A DNA stretch of 64,000 nucleotides from the human T2T-CHM13v2.0 reference genome, Homo sapiens, in assembly GCF_009914755.1 (NCBI RefSeq), contig NC_060940.1, one strand, 5' to 3'. This document shows, one piece after another, positions 1 to 17,891 of this stretch. The notes beneath the pieces are model-generated. The model had not been told where the DNA came from, did no database searches, and worked only from the letters and a program-made list of their open reading frames with translations. A program made the position numbers and the translations under genes. Numbering within the stretch: position 1 is the first letter of the stretch; each line of letters opens with the position of its first letter.

Positions 1-1534
1 GAATTGCCTATTTTCTCTCAGTAAAAGAATGGAAATTGGACCACTAAAACCTAACCTACAAACGTGCACACAAGAGGCCTGCAGTCTTGTTTAGTATCCA
101 ACAGGTGCTTGTCTGGCACAGCCTGCATGAGAGAATGAGTGCACACTCATCTCTGTACCCAATCCAGGACTGACCACTCCGCAACCTTCTACGGGACCCA
201 CTTATGCTAAATGCATCAGTAACACATATTTTTGTGATAATTCAACTAAACAACCACATAGGCTGCAGAAGGCATGAATGTATAGGAGGTACTGACTCCT
301 CTGGGGAGAGGAAGCCTGCTGGTCACAGGAAGAAGATGCCATGGGACACCGCCTGGCTGGGAGAAGGAGGAGCACATTCAGATCCTGGGGAGGGGCCACG
401 ACACAGGACTAGCAGGAGGCACAGGTCTGAGTGAGGACCGCCGCCTCCAAAGCCAATCCTTGCCTTTTTGTTTCCAGATTGGGAGGCTTGTCTGGGATGA
501 GCCACCCTGATGGATGATGCCTTTCAGAACGACATAGACCTAAGGCCACCTTCAGTTTCACCATGAGAATGCATCTGAACAAGCTTTAACACACAGTGTG
601 ACCTAGCTAGGAACTTAGCCTGGTGATACTAGCGTTACAACATCCATTTTTGTGTATTTATGTATTATAAATACAAGTGAATTTTAATTCCTAAAATTGA
701 GGTGGGAATATCAGTACACAAAAAAGGAAAACTTAACTCTCCTAAGTTCCTAAATATTCGTATGTGATGATGTTTGGTGTTGGAGTCTAGGCAGGTTTTC
801 TAAATGGGAAATCTGACATAAGTAGAGGAGATAAAGTAGATTCTTAATGACAGAAGAAAAGAAGTGCTCAAAGCTATGGGTCAACAATCTTCCTCCTCTT
901 CCTGCCTATAAAGTGAACTCAAGGGTTGCGTTCCACTGCCTTTCACAGCATCATCAGGCTGGAGCTCGGGAGGCCCGCCACTGCTGCTCGGCTTCCATTA
1001 TGAGCGACTGTCACACACAGAGATCACAACGGCAGTTTCATCTGCTGCAGGGAGATGAGGAGACTGAAAGGCTTCCTTGTTGCTGAAAATATCTGTACTT
1101 AAAGAAGCTGCTGGGAAAAGGAACAACCCCTCGGCTGCCCGCTTACTCAACAGCAGAGAGCTGACGGGCTCAACAGTGAAGGCAGAGCCCTCACTTCCTG
1201 CTAACAATCATGGCGTTTAGGAGAAATGAACCAGTATTTTCTGTTTCCAGAATCAACAACATTAGAAGCTGCAGCCCTAACTGAATTCTCTCCACCTGGC
1301 AAATACAAGTGTGCAAACAGGCCAGGTAGCCCACTATCCACCTTCCCTCCACTCTGTTCCTCACTTGATATAACACTGGAGAGAGGAAAACAACGGCAAG
1401 AGAAGACAGTGTTTCCAGCAAGCACATGGTTATTCTCCAAAGGCCAGTCTGGCCAATGTCAACATTCTCAAGAATTTGGCTGCAAACTGTAAGGGAAGAA
1501 CAGAGAAAGGAGGAAAGAGATGGATATCTACCCC

Positions 1535-1670
1535 TTTTTTTTTTTTGGTAGAGATGAGGTCTCACTATGTTGCCCCAGCTGCTCTCAAACTACTAGCCTC
1601 AAACAATCCTCCTGCCTTGGCCTCCCAAAGTGCTGGGATTACAGGTGTGAGCTACCACAACCAGCCAAGT
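1535..1670 (-). mobile_element. Alu monomer (FLAM/AluJ-like)
   Basis: Poly-T followed by a diverged left arm. Confidence 0.8.
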
Positions 1671-1990
1671 ATCTAGCTTTATTAAGGATTACTAACAAAA
1701 TAATATCTGGCATCAGAAGCTGAAATCAATATTCAATTTACTTAAAGAGAACTTAAAATATAAAGACATTTAATACTATTTGCCTATATTAATTAATTTT
1801 TAAATTAGCATAGAATAACTTCCAAATACGCAGAGTTTTGTGTGTTATCACAACACTCAACTAAAACTTCATCTAGATAGAAGAAGTACAATTTATTTTT
1901 GGGGAAAATACAGTAACAAGATAAATGCCAGCCCCAAAGACATCCTTTTACAACTGAGAGTAAAGAAACACGGGCCACCGATGAAAGTGA

Positions 1991-2333
<343 letters not shown>

Positions 2334-3057
2334 TCCTTGAGAACTTTCTTCCAGTTTCATTATCTGCAAGATTAAGGGCCAGTCACTAAGCTCCATTCCA
2401 ACTGCATGAGATTCAGTGAGACAAAGCAGAGTGGTGACTGTCAGTCCCTGGTGGCTCTGACATCCTTTGCTATAGAGAACATTAAAAGGTGAGTCCCCTT
2501 CACAAAAACAACAAATGGGTAACACTGTGAGAAGATGGATGTGTTCATTCGTTTCACTAGAGTAACCTCCTTTTTACTATCTATATGTATTCCATAACAT
2601 CATGTTGTATATCTTACATATACGCAGTAGGATTTGTTTTTTGTTTTTCTTTTTTAAAGTGAATCCCCAAGGAAATGGAGGATATATGGCAGGGAAATAT
2701 CTTACTATTTGTTCCCTGCCTGATATTTATGCTTGCTTGGATATAAAAATCACAGTTCTAGCACATAAATGGGATATTAGAAAACAGAACACAAACATAA
2801 AGAAACAGGTTATTTTGCCTATCAGCACTTTGTTTACTTAGGCTTATAAAGTGTGTTCACATTCACTTCATCTAACTATAAAAGAAGTGACTCCTACCTC
2901 TTTGCAGAGATGAAGAAGGAGAGACAGAGCAAGGCTGTGAAGGGCCTAAGCTCTCAAACCCAAGACAGGGCAGAAGCAAGACACAACTCCTGCTCTGCTG
3001 GCACCGAGTGCTCCTGTCCTGACGTGGGAGCTACTGGTCTCTAGGGGGCAGCACTCA

Positions 3058-3210
<153 letters not shown>

Positions 3211-3361
3211 CTATGAATAAAAGCAGCTTGGTTGCTACATCTCGCACATTGGCATACAGCCGCATGCAATCATGAGTGAATCAAATCAGAACAGAGATAT
3301 GGGTTAGTTAAAAACTGTATAACCTTAGGAAGGTACTGGTTTTAGTCTGAAATTCACTCCA

Positions 3362-3680
3362 GGCCAGGCGCAAGGCTCACACCTGTAATCCCAACACTCT
3401 GGGAGGCCGAGGCAGGTGGACTGCTTGAGCCCAGGAGTTCCAGACTAGCCTGGGCTACACAGTAAGACCCCCATCTCCACAAAAAATACAAAAATTAGCC
3501 AGATGTAGTGGCACAAGCCTGTAGTCCCGGCTACTCAGGAGGATCACCTGAGCCCGGGAGGTCAAGGCTGCAGGGAGCCGTGATTGTGCCACTGCACTCC
3601 AGCCTGGGCAACACAGTGAGATCCTGTCCCCCTCAGCCCCGCACCCGCCCCCCCCCCAAAAAAAAGAGAAAAAAACAAAG
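3362..3680 (+). mobile_element. AluJ
   Basis: Diverged dimeric Alu with A-tail. Confidence 0.88.
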
Positions 3681-4312
3681 AAATTCACTACAATACAGAA
3701 AATAAGCTTAAACGATAATGTAGAAAGTAAATTTTTAAAAATATATTTTATAACAACCAGAACAATGGCAAAGGCATAAAGCAATTAAAAGATAAGTATT
3801 TTAATTTTGCTGACATGCCAGACTGGAAAGTGGACACTGGCTTATCACCAAGACCAGAAACTGGAAACTGCTTTATCTCTAGATAAGTTAAAATTAGAAA
3901 TATGTTAGAAAAATTAGAAAATTAAAATGTAAAAAAACCCAAACATGTTTCTTTACAAGGAAAAAAGTACACGGTATGAGTGGATGTTTCAAACGGTTGT
4001 AAAAGAGGAAATAAGAAACCACTGAGAAGGAACAAGATAACCACACGACTAACTTGGGATAACGTTTTAATAAGTACTTGCTTAAGCTTCTTAAGAATTG
4101 GGGCAAAACGAAAATTAGAATAGGATCTCATATTCTGTCAGAAAACAGGAGCCCAATTTGAAGGGAAGCCCTTTTCTGACCATCAAACCCAAGGACCATG
4201 GATGCACATACTGGGATACCGAGTAAAGGCATCCTCCACTGCAGCTGTGATGATGGAAGGACATTTCTCAAATGCCATTAAAAAGCTGGCTGGTGATGAA
4301 GGCCATGGACGT

Positions 4313-4428
4313 GACATCTCATCACGGTTTGGTGAAAGCGTTTACACGGGGAGCTGGGGACAAAGTGGATGACATCTCACCACAGTTCGGTGAGAGCATT
4401 TACACAGGGAGCTGGGGACAAAGTGGTG
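4313..4428. repeat. 58-bp tandem duplication (2 diverged copies), MBTPS1 intron 9
   Basis: gacatctca...tttacacrgggagctggggacaaagtgg at 4313 and 4371. Confidence 0.9.
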
Positions 4429-5402
4429 GATGCAGTTTCCCATTATCCGGCAGCACAAGGAACATGCTGAGGGAGCGTGGATGGGAGGACACGCAGCCTG
4501 CCCTGCACAGACTGTCACATGAGAGAATGGTCCCCAGCCAACAGGTCAGCTCCAGGAAGAGGCACGTGAGTGTGGGAGGCGGGGACCCCTGGTGGGGCTG
4601 AGTGGCGGGGACGCTGGGGGCTGACGCTGTCACAGGACAAAGGCTCAGGCAGAAGGCTATCCTGTAAAGTGGCTACAGTGTGGACGAGGCCCACAGTGTT
4701 CCCAGGCAGTTGGGAATCTTTCCAGGGACTTATCTGAGGCCTCCGAGTGTGGCATGTGACGTTAAACACCAAGAGATGCTCTGACCCTGAAGAATGAGAA
4801 GGGCAGATGCTCCCCTCGGCCACAGCGAGGGCAAAGGTGCCCAACTGCTGTTCTGCACGAGCGTCTAATTTTTCATCAAACTTTGACAGGTAAAGGTGGG
4901 TGAATGTGCTGCATAATTAAACCCCAAACAGCTGAATTATTAACTGTAGCAGTTATTTTGAATTTGTCCAGCTAAATACAATTGTTTCTGTGTTAGCAGA
5001 GTTGATATTAAGCTGTTCTCAATGGTTTCTCCAACTTCTTAAGGCTCCCCTCCCCCAAAAAATATCATCTCACCTACCACTGAGGAGGACTGCTTACCAC
5101 TACTAGATAGGGTAAACGGGCAGGAACCCAATTCACCTAAAGGTGAGTTCCTCAGAAATCAATTAATAAGTTAAACTGGGAAACACCGCTTAGAATCAGC
5201 CGGTGCTCATCACAGCAGCTGTGGACTTGCCAGAGTGAAGTGGCAGATGCTGACGGGGCCCAGATCTCTCGTCCTCACGGCTGGGCAGGCACTCACAGCC
5301 CCGGCTATTCCCATGTGAATGTGAGGGTGTCTGTGCACTTACAAATACACCCCAAGGCTCGTCAACAACCGGTGCCACTAGCCACAGTAGTTTGTCCAGC
5401 TA

Positions 5403-5594
<192 letters not shown>

Positions 5595-7299
5595 TTAAAA
5601 TGGATGATTCAAACCAGGGCGAATACTCCCAGAACAATCTAACACTGTATGAGCTGCTTCTGTGGGAAGACGTGTGCAGCTCCTCACGGCTGTCCTGTGA
5701 AACGCATGATCCTGCCACGTTCATGCTGTGCTCACATTACGCCCTCTCACCTGCAACGCCCCTCCTTTCTTCTCCTCCCTGTCAACTTGGCACACTGGGG
5801 CTCAAGGCTCACGTTTTCCCTCCAGCAATCCAAGCCTTAAGCATCTGTACTTGCCTTGAACCTCACAACACTTAACACAATCACAATTTATCACCTAACG
5901 ACACATTCTCACATCACTTTCAAATTGTTCCCAGCACATTCATCTTAACTCCCCAGCTAAATCACACACTTCTCCTGGAAGAAACCATAACCACACATTT
6001 ACATCTGCCAAGGTCAGGAAGTGGTAAGTTTTCGATTGACCTGTGGTGGTGTTCTACCCTCCTCATAGGGAACTGTAGAAGGACTATCATTACTCTGTAA
6101 TCTTGAGCTCCTTAGAGTCTCTCCAATACCTTAAGTGCACTAGATCTGCAAAGAAATTATAGTGAAATAAATAATGGCAAAAATGTGTAAACCGTAAAGT
6201 CAAGATAAAGATGAACCATTTGAAAATATGAGACACTCAGTTATAAAACTGCATTGCTAAGCTTTATTATGGCTCCACTACCAAAAAAAATGAACTCTTT
6301 GACAAATCAACAACTACATACAACTGATTCCAAGTGGCTTAAGAGATAATAGCAGCATGAAGTTCTCCTTCTAGAGTGTGTTTTTAACTGACAATTCCCA
6401 ACACACCGAGAAAAAGTGGTACTGCCTCCTCAGCCCACTGGCCACCAATATCCTACCAGCTGGTCATTCAGAGGAACGAATAATGATTTTCTGATGACTG
6501 ATGCTAGATGTTTACACATTCCCAGGAACTCAAGGAGCAGAGGCTGGTACAGAAGTCACTGACAGAAACTCCCACTGAAGTTGACCAAAAAAATACCACC
6601 TTCCCACCCTCCTCTACCTGCTAAGCCCTATAATGCTTAGTGTACTTTAAACCCTTAAAAAATAAGGGAACGCATCAAGAAATCATTGCTGGTATTGAAA
6701 AGGAGGGACGTGAGGCTGCAGGCTTGCTGGCACCACAGAGTCTAGGAGCACCAAGGGCACAGGACCCAGACAAAGAGACCACAGCAAAGGGGACCGGAGG
6801 ATGTGTGCCTCATTCCCAGAGGGGCTGACGTATGCATGTTACTGTCCTCAGACCAGCCCTGGAAGCAGTCCCACCAGATGCCCAAGCAGAAAAAACCACA
6901 CCCACCACAAGCTGGGCTGCCGTGATCACATGCCACGTTCTGTCACTTCAACAGCCAGCAGGTGGCCAGGTCTGTGTGAGGCAGCATGAGCGTACACACA
7001 AGGTGGAGATGGGGCCTTCCTGGCAAGGCTCTGCTCCTTCAACACACCATAAACTCACAACTCTGGTAAGAAGCTACGGAGTGCAACCACCCACAAAAGC
7101 CACAGGGTTTCAGAACGGCAGCCAGCGTGTGACAAAACAGTCCGAACAGCATGCGAAAGAGCTGGGAATCCAGACAGGTATGGCCAGGAGGATGGGCAGA
7201 GGGATGGGGTGCGGAAGACCTGAGAGAAACAGAAGGAGGACACTCATTCCAGGAAGGTGTACATGGGGAAGTGGAAGATCAAGGTGAACTGAGATTGTG

Positions 7300-7480
7300 G
7301 CTGGAGTTGGCCAACTACGGCCCATGGGCCAAACCAGGCCCACACCTGTTTTTGCAAATACAGCGTTCCTGGAACACAGTCATGTTCATTTACACATATA
7401 TCACCCGCAGCTGCTTTCACACAATAACGCCTAAAATATTTATTATCTGACCCTTTACAGAAAAAGTTTGCAATTCAGCC
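7300..7480 (+). mobile_element. MER58-like hAT/Charlie element
   Basis: ttggccaactacggcccatgggccaaacc...aaatatttattatctgaccctttacagaaaaagtttgc. Confidence 0.7.
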
Positions 7481-8948
7481 TAGAATACTGAAGACCTTGA
7501 AAAACAAAAGAAAAATGTGGATTTCATCTATTAGGCAATAATAAACTGCTGCAGATTCTTGATTAGAAAACTGCTACAATATATGTTTGAACAGTAGAAA
7601 TACGCACAAAAAAGAAAAAGAGCAGCTTCCATTCAAAGAGCATCATCAGCATTCATGGTGCTCTCCCCCTGCTGTCTGATTTCAGTCTCATAGGTACTCT
7701 GCAGGCTGCTCTCTACTCCCATCACAGGTGAGGGAGCTGAGGCTCAGAGAAGTGACGGTGCCTCAGCCGTAAGTGGCAGGTCGGACCTGTCTGCTTCCAC
7801 ACCTAGTTTCACCCATGTCCATGCTGGAAGAGCTGGGGTGGGAAAAGACTCAAGATTGGAAAACAGGCTAGGAAACACTGACACCTGGTGACTCTGAACC
7901 GATGAGTGCCAGCCTTGAGTGGGGACATCAGAAATGGGAGGAACATTTAAAAGGGAGACAAGAACACCTGACGAGATGACTTAATAACTGGTGTTTGTCA
8001 TGGCAGAGCTATAGCGAGGGTATGTTCATGCCACTTACATCTATGGCTCATGATACGTATCACTGATGCGACAGCAAAATCCAGAACCCTGGACCTCTAA
8101 CAAGGTTCACGATCATTTACTCAACTATTAGGCTAGAGTCCTATGAATGCCAATATTCACGTTTTCTGATATGCAAACATGAACTTCACATAGCTTCACC
8201 TTGTCTTATGCCCTGGATTTGTGTAAAGCATCCTACAGAAACTTCGAGCACAAGAAATGACTTATAAACATTATCTAGAGAATAAAATGAAGCTGCTGGT
8301 GGAAAGAAAACTGAGACCTCTAACCAGACAGGAGCGTACTGGCTGGGATTCAGTGGCAAATGTTTCGCATCTCACGCTGCTTAAGTTTAGCACAAAGGCC
8401 CCCCTGTGACACTGTCCTCCCTGCCTCCCTCCTAAATGATCCCTCTCATCAACTCCCAAAGCACCGGCCATGTTGCCGTTAGGCCCGCCAGCACTTCCCC
8501 TGTGAATGAGTGTCACTGTGCTCGCACCTGCTCTTTCAGAGAGAGGCAGAAACCTCTTCCGTTTGCCTCTTTACCCGGATGCTTTGCACACAGATCTCAT
8601 CAACACTGCAGAATCCCTAATAGATTCACTTTTCTGATTGATTTTTGGGGAAAAAAAGTAGTTAGAATAAAAACTTTAGGCCTCTAAATTACTATTTGTA
8701 ACAAAATTTTAAAAATATATAAATAGAAGGAAGACCGGCCTTGAGGTGACAACTGCTGAGGTGAGTGGTGAGTACCTGGGTGTTCATCTACATCCTATAG
8801 TATTTTTTTACATGAGGAAAACATCCTTAAGACAAGTTTTAGACAGACATAAACAAGTAACCATAGGTAGATACACAAACAGATAACAATTTTTCAGTTA
8901 TTTAAGGGGGAAAAAATCCCCGAGGTCATCCCTGCTGGGGCTACTTAC

Positions 8949-9016
8949 CCATAAAGAGGTCCGTCATTGCCAATAGCAGAAACCATGATTACATTGTTAG
9001 CTGTTAATTCCCACAC
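8949..9016 (-). CDS. MBTPS1: Site-1 protease exon 8 (VWELTANNVIMVSAIGNDGPLYG); oxyanion-hole Asn
   Basis: 68 nt; tgtag| and TGG|gtaagt; AIGNDG motif. Confidence 0.97.
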
Positions 9017-9234
9017 CTACAAAAGGAGCATTTATTTAATGAAAGTATCCCTTTCATTAAACATATAACTGTCAAAAAAAAAAAAAAAACCATACACAAC
9101 GTCTAAAAACAGTTCTAAAAAAGCAGCACTGGCCCATTATAAAGGCGGATGTGCTGGCAACTTGCATTTTTAGAGGATACCACCCGGGACGGAGAAGCAC
9201 GCAGTGCACAGAGCAGATGCTGACTTTCTAGTCA

Positions 9235-9613
<379 letters not shown>

Positions 9614-9804
9614 CTACTCTGAGGCCTCTAACCCACTCAATTTATGACATGCAAATCACTGAAGCTCACGTCATTAGCCATCTGTTCTCACAAAGCTGTC
9701 ACCACCTGGATGAAAAGCCACCAACACACTAGATATGATGCAAAGTTGGGCTGCGAAAGAGCAGGAGCTGTCACCCAAACCCCGTGTGCAGTGACTCCAC
9801 AAAC

Positions 9805-9921
9805 CTTGTCAACAAACGGATGATCCATGAAGTCCGGGCCGCCGATGCTGAGGTTTAACACGTCGATCTTCTTTAAAATGGCATAGTTGAAGGCGTCCAA
9901 AAACCAAGATGTGTAAGATAC
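9805..9921 (-). CDS. MBTPS1: Site-1 protease exon 7 ([39 protein letters not shown])
   Basis: 117 nt; lies within ORF 9688..9900; ctag| and AAG|gtttgt. Confidence 0.97.
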
Positions 9922-11233
9922 CTAGTTAAATATTATAACAGTCTGCTTAGTGTTTCAATCAAGTTTTAAAGTGCTAGGACAGTTTTTATTTCTAAGGCTC
10001 TTTTAAAATTACAAGTAGTTCTCTTAATTTTTTTTTACTTAAAACCAGAAATGAATCCTGAGCATGCATAATGCTCTGGAGAGTAAAATACAACACCTAG
10101 AAGTTCTAAGTCCTTGGAGCTGAACCTAAGGAAGAGGCAGCTGTGTTCTGCAGGTGGCCTATCTCTCTAGGTGAAATGCACAGCTCTCTACACAAAGAAT
10201 GCCTTCCTAGATAACACCCAAGCTCCCAACCGCCCCTCTCCTACAAAAGGACTTATCCCAAGGCACTTCTATTAAGTTAAGCATTTTGGAATAGTTCAAC
10301 TTATCTATCTAACCTTCTTCATTCCTAAACAGACTGAAGGACAAATGGCAGCAGTAACAGTTATTTCACAGTATTAGTCTTCTGATGTTCAAGTGCTCCT
10401 ATGTTCCTTACAAAAGCTTCATTACTTTGTGGATCACCTTTAGCTGTTGCTTTTTTAAAAAATATAAAATTAAGTTTATGGTAGGAAGAGAAGCAATGTA
10501 ATGATTAAGATTATGTTTTTAAAGGTTTTTAAAAGACCAGGTACTTATATTTTCTCATATACACCAAAGAAATTCTACGAGGAGGTATAAGAAAGGAACA
10601 TCATCACACAGGACACACGGGCCAGTGAGGAAAGAACCTGCTGGACGGGGACAGGGGTGGGGGTCTCACTGTGTTACCTTCTGACATTTCTGAGCTATGC
10701 ATTACCTATTCAAAAATTAACCTTAAAAAATAAATAACGAAAAAAGAAACAAATACTAGGACCCTCTCCCTTTTCTATAGTTTCCAAATGAAGAGTGAAG
10801 GAACAAGGCTTGTAAACTCCCATTACCCAACACAATGCCAGGTGTCGGGACACAGAGGTAAATAAAACAGCTCAAGGTGGTAGGAACCCAATCAGGGAGG
10901 CAAGCACACTTATTCTATCTGCAATTGTTCTGTTCTATCATGCAGACAACCGACCCAGGGTACAGAGGCCTGGGGAAGCCTGGAGGTAGAGAAGAAACAA
11001 GGGAAATCAAAGAATCGTCGTAAGTAGTAGCCTCGGCAGGGTCTTCAGGGTTCAACTTAGGTCGACACAGTGGTTGGTGGGAGAAGGGCGGAGCCACCCA
11101 GGAGGCAGAGGAACAGTAAACTGAGCATGCGTGCTGCAGTATGAATGGCTCAGCGTCACTGACGTGCACTCCTTTTACACAAGTGTGTACAGTCCAGTGA
11201 TTCTGCTTTTTACATTTCAGTATGAATTCCTCA

Positions 11234-11512
<279 letters not shown>

Positions 11513-11766
11513 TTAGACGTCACTGGCACAAGCACCCCTTCCAGGTCTAGCCACTCCACGCTCTCCGGGACAGGGAGCTGCCCCCACACCAGGCATGCCC
11601 ACTCTCTCCTGAAGTGCTACCTCCCGACATCCTATGAGGTATTCAGAGCAGTTTCTGCCACAACAAAAAGCACAATAACACCTTGGGCTTGTCTGAATAA
11701 TTGCTGGACAGACTGTGGAATCATGCACTAAACACACTCTCAGTCGATCACATGACCACGTTCTCA

Positions 11767-11895
<129 letters not shown>

Positions 11896-13564
11896 TTATT
11901 CGGAAAAGAAAGCAAACACAATTATGTTTGAAGAAATCATCATTTTGGATTTTGCCTATAAAATACATTCCTTCCTGGGACCCACAGAAAATGACATATT
12001 GTGGAAGGCCAAAGCTGCTCAGAGCAAATAAGTTAGGTCAGCTGCTCCCAGGGTCAGCTGGCTGAGCCAAGGCTAAGAAAAGAGGACAGCAGGAGCAATG
12101 CCATCATCTGCCGCCAAATAAGATTTAAGGATAAGCAGAAAATCCTTCTAGACCCTCCTCAATTGCCACCAGCACTCAGGATAGAACCACCCCTTCCACT
12201 CCTAGCGGGCTTCTCAAGGCTCCAGGCTGGCACCTACTGATACTCCCCTTCTGGCAATTTATCACAGGTCTCCACCCCCCACCTTCTCGGAGGCCCTGCA
12301 AAACACTCACAAACCACACACCCAAGGAGCGGGACACAAAAATGGGAAAAGGGGGAACCATTCCTATTCCCAATAAGGACAGCAATTTATTCAATGCTGC
12401 TCATTTATAATACAGCAAACTCTGCCGCAAGGAACAATTAACACCACATGCGGCTAATCACACCTAAGAAAAATCACTGCAGTGTGCACTTTTCTATAAT
12501 AGTAAGTCTATTCCAGATACTGGCCAAAGCCATCAACACCAATGTGAAATACAACTGGCCTGTCTGACCAAAAATTCTAGAAAGCATCTAGAAAAAAAAT
12601 ACAGAATACCTATATGACTTAACAGCTAACCAATGTAAAGAGGGTAATGTCTTTCTGGCAAAAGGGCTGTGTACATATCAATACTATGTTAAATAATCTA
12701 TTAAACTGAGATAAATATAAAAATCAATGCTACTTTTAAAAAATGCACACACAAAATCAGAAATCATTTGGTTTGGGGGGAATAAAAAATTATTTCTCAT
12801 GACTAGAAAATTTGTTTTGTCAAGGAGTTCTCATAAAAAGGTAAAACCATGGGGAGACACACATTTTAATGAAATGCCAGTCCACCGGGTATTAAAAGTT
12901 GAAGTATCTCAGATATTTTGGAGGGCAGGGCGCCAAGGAGATCAAAGGAGAGGTAAGGGTCCCTAAGTCAAGGATATACGAAAGACACCGAGGCAAACTG
13001 CGCTGTCCTGGGAGCAGGTGAAACTGGCTTACATTTAGAAGTCAAGGTAAAAATCTTCACATTAGATAAAACATGAAGGTTTGGTCATGATGAATCAGCA
13101 AGGGAAAAATCCTTATTGTTCTGAATTTTATTTCACAGGACATGATCATTAACACTGCTTCCTGTTCTGAAACAAATCATCAGCAGGTGTGATAGTCAAT
13201 TACTTAGTCACTCTGCATTCAGGACACCAAACTCAAGTGATAAACTAATTTCCGTGGAATTGCCCAGATCAGGGACCATCTTTCCCCAAGAAGTGACAGA
13301 CTTCTGCAGGCCTGTCGGTCAGCGCCAGTGGCCGGCAGCGCTGTGCTCGTTTGTGTATGTGTCAATAGGAGAGAAGTGCTCCACAGCCTTCCCTTCTAAC
13401 CTCAGAAATGGTAACAAAAATAAGACACAAATGGTGACAATTAGGAAAGCCACAGAAACAGATGCCTGGCATCACAGGAGTCAAAGATGAGGAGTACTTG
13501 GCTACCTCCAGCTAAACAAATAGTAAGAAGGTTAGATGTGGAAGGCTGCAGGGCTTTAGCACTA

Positions 13565-13900
<336 letters not shown>

Positions 13901-15329
13901 TCAGAACAGAAGAGCAAAACGAACTACACGATACCCGCCAGGCAAAACTATCCTAAACACAGGGAGGATTACCATTTGCCACTCTGTTTGAAGGAAAGTG
14001 GGATTATCTTCTTTTTCTGGAAGGACAGTCTCAATGCAATTATAATTATAGGACGTTATTTAGCTGTCATATTACTCCCAAATAGTTCTCTACTTGAAAT
14101 TTTCTAACCAAGGTAAGGCAAAGAAAGACTGATTAAATTAAATAATAATAATTTTAAAAAGCTAATTGTGATAATAAAAATAAAGAAAAACCTGATTTTC
14201 ATCAGCAACTTGTTCTCACTGAACCAGAAGGGGGAAAAGTTAAAGAAAATGACCCTAAGCATTCATTGAGTTTTATTTTTACTATAAGTTTCACTAGATT
14301 TCTTGGGCAGGCAAAAGCCATCAAATATCAACAGGACTTAAAACAACTGTATATTGCTCAATATTCTCAATATTCTTATCTGCTAGAATTTCACCTTTCA
14401 AAAACAAAAGGACTACACAGGAGTGAGAGACAGGGAATTTCTGAGGGTGATGGAATTATTCCATATCTTGATTTTGTTGGTGGATATTTGATGGTATACT
14501 TTTGCCAAAACTTGCCAAACTATACTCTAAAAAGGACGAATTTTACTATCTGTAAGTCTCTTTATTTTTAAAAAGCGGAGGAAAAAGGCAGTACCACAGA
14601 AATGGCCTAAGGGTTTTCCCTTTACCTTTCAAAGACCATGTTATAATGAACAAGTCATATTTCAAATCAGTTTTAAGAAGAGAAAATCTGTAATACCAAT
14701 ACAGTTCTCTTTCTAAAGCAAATCACTGTCATTTTTATTCTAGCCTTACCAACCTACACCCATGTTAAGTACAGGGACCTGGAAACACATACAGTCACGT
14801 CAATTCTGGTAAGTAAATATTTGCACAGTCCAACTGAAACGGTTCTTAATTGAAATTCCTCTGCTGAGTCTGATCTTTAAGTCAACAGCATGGGACAATG
14901 CTGCAGGTGCTGACTGAAGAGCAACACTGAGACCAGGAATGGGCCTGCTCTGCTTGACCCTGCACAGGCCAGACTCCACCTCCAGTATTATACTCAGTTC
15001 AGGGCTTCACAGCTTTCAAACAATTTAGAAAAATTAGTACATTCAAAGGAAAACACTTAAAATGATGAGGGGACTTGAAATCAAGTCACCTGAGTAACTA
15101 TGGCAAGAACTGAGGATTAGCCTGGAGAGAAAAAATTGCCAAAAGGGACACACCATGGGTATCTTCAAATATCAAAAAGACAGCTATCTTCACCACATCT
15201 TTAACTACTGTCACGTAGAAAACAGATAGGCTTTGTCTTATGGCCCATGGGATAGAACCAAATGGGTGGGATGCAGAGTGAGAATGGTGTCAGCCCAAAA
15301 TAAAGCAAAACCTTCTACGAGTAACAGCC

Positions 15330-15520
15330 AGAGAAACTGTTAACATTTGGTTACTTACAACATCTTGAACACTCTACTAAGCTTTCTTCATATGCATTAT
15401 TTCATGTTATCTTCATGACAGCCCCACGAGGTAGGGAGTATCATCTCCATTTTATGAATGAGAAAAACTGAGGCTTCAAGATGGAAAAGACGCTTACTGC
15501 TGAAGGTCACAGCTAACTTC
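15330..15520. mobile_element. MIR fragment
   Basis: MIR core-like catctccattttatgaatgagaaaaactgaggct. Confidence 0.65.
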
Positions 15521-15908
15521 AAGGGGCATGGGAACGCAGTGGGCAAGTCTCCCCTCACAGGGGTGTCAGGCACCCGGAACACACGCAGTGGAGATGGTGT
15601 CCATGGGAATCCCATCTCCAGAGAGTCTAGGATTCTTGTGCTAAAATTAGGCAACTCCGTGTCTCCTAAAGCATTCTAGAGCTCTTTAAGATAACTGAAG
15701 TAAAAAATAAAGTCAACTAAAATACCGCAATGTATACATTTGGCTAACTGTATCAGGTTTGATTGGCTTTTATCTTCCTGGATTATTTTGAAGTGTTACT
15801 GCTTTTTAAGGAGAATAATACATAACATCTGGAGTAGCAGAAAAGGCTCTGAAAAAGTCAGACGCCTTAAGTTTACACCTGGTTTTACTATGAAAATTAA
15901 ACTTCTCT

Positions 15909-15910
<2 letters not shown>

Positions 15911-15955
<45 letters not shown>

Positions 15956-15963
15956 TGTGTGTG
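15911..15963. repeat. (GT)n microsatellite, MBTPS1 intron 3
   Basis: About 20 pure GT units plus an interrupted tail. Confidence 0.97.
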
Positions 15964-16408
15964 TTTAATGCAGCAAAACCTCAGAGGCTCTTAGGCCTAA
16001 AATATGATAGACAAAGAAGAGTAAAATTTTAATTTCTTCTTCCTTCTGATGAAAGAAATGATCGTAAATAATAACAGAACTAGAAATTTGTTAACCTGAT
16101 TTAAGATAAACAGGGAAAAAAAACCCTTTTCCTTTGGTAACACATATCTTTGGAAAATATCATTTAATAAATATGCAATTTACTATTTGAGACTAAACTC
16201 TATTTTGACAAGCCCAATTGTAATGAAGTAGGAAAGACTAAGCCCTGGAGAAGAAAAGGAAAAGCCAAGTTGCTTCCATGCTCACACCTGCACAGCTGAT
16301 GACTTCAACGAACCCAGCTGATGCATGACCATTCCCGGTCAGGAGGCTTTGACAAAAACAAAACGAAACCCCAGGAAAACATGTTTTGCAAGAGTGCCTT
16401 TAAAAATC

Positions 16409-16724
<316 letters not shown>

Positions 16725-17064
16725 AAACACACACTGAGAGAAGCGAAATGCAAGGAAGAAGCAGACACAAGGACGCGTCTTTCAGCACGAGAAGGCGGCC
16801 GCAGCCTTGAAGTCTGAAGGCTTTGAGATGAAGCTGGCGAAAATCGCTTCCAACAGAAACAAAGATCACTACCATCTACTACTGCAAACCCTCAGATTTT
16901 CTTCTACCAGAACAGTACGAAGTCTCTTTTTAAAAAATAATTCTGCCCCCGCAACACCGACCCTGCGCGCTAAACAAAACTAAACTAAAAAATTCCTACC
17001 AGGAAAATGTTCACAATTAGCAAACTAGATGGAAGGATGCGGATACTCACTGTACTATTTTTCA

Positions 17065-17403
<339 letters not shown>

Positions 17404-17587
17404 TCACCACAAACAAAAATAAGATTTACGCACATACATTATAACATATACTATATTGTATCTAATCTAAAATCTGGCAAAAGAAAAATTATCTTAAAGC
17501 CCACAGCAGACGAGAGAAAACACAAAGACTAGTTTAAGTACCTAGACAGCTGTCTGCAGAGCTTTGAGGAAAAATGATCTATATGGG

Positions 17588-17891
<304 letters not shown>
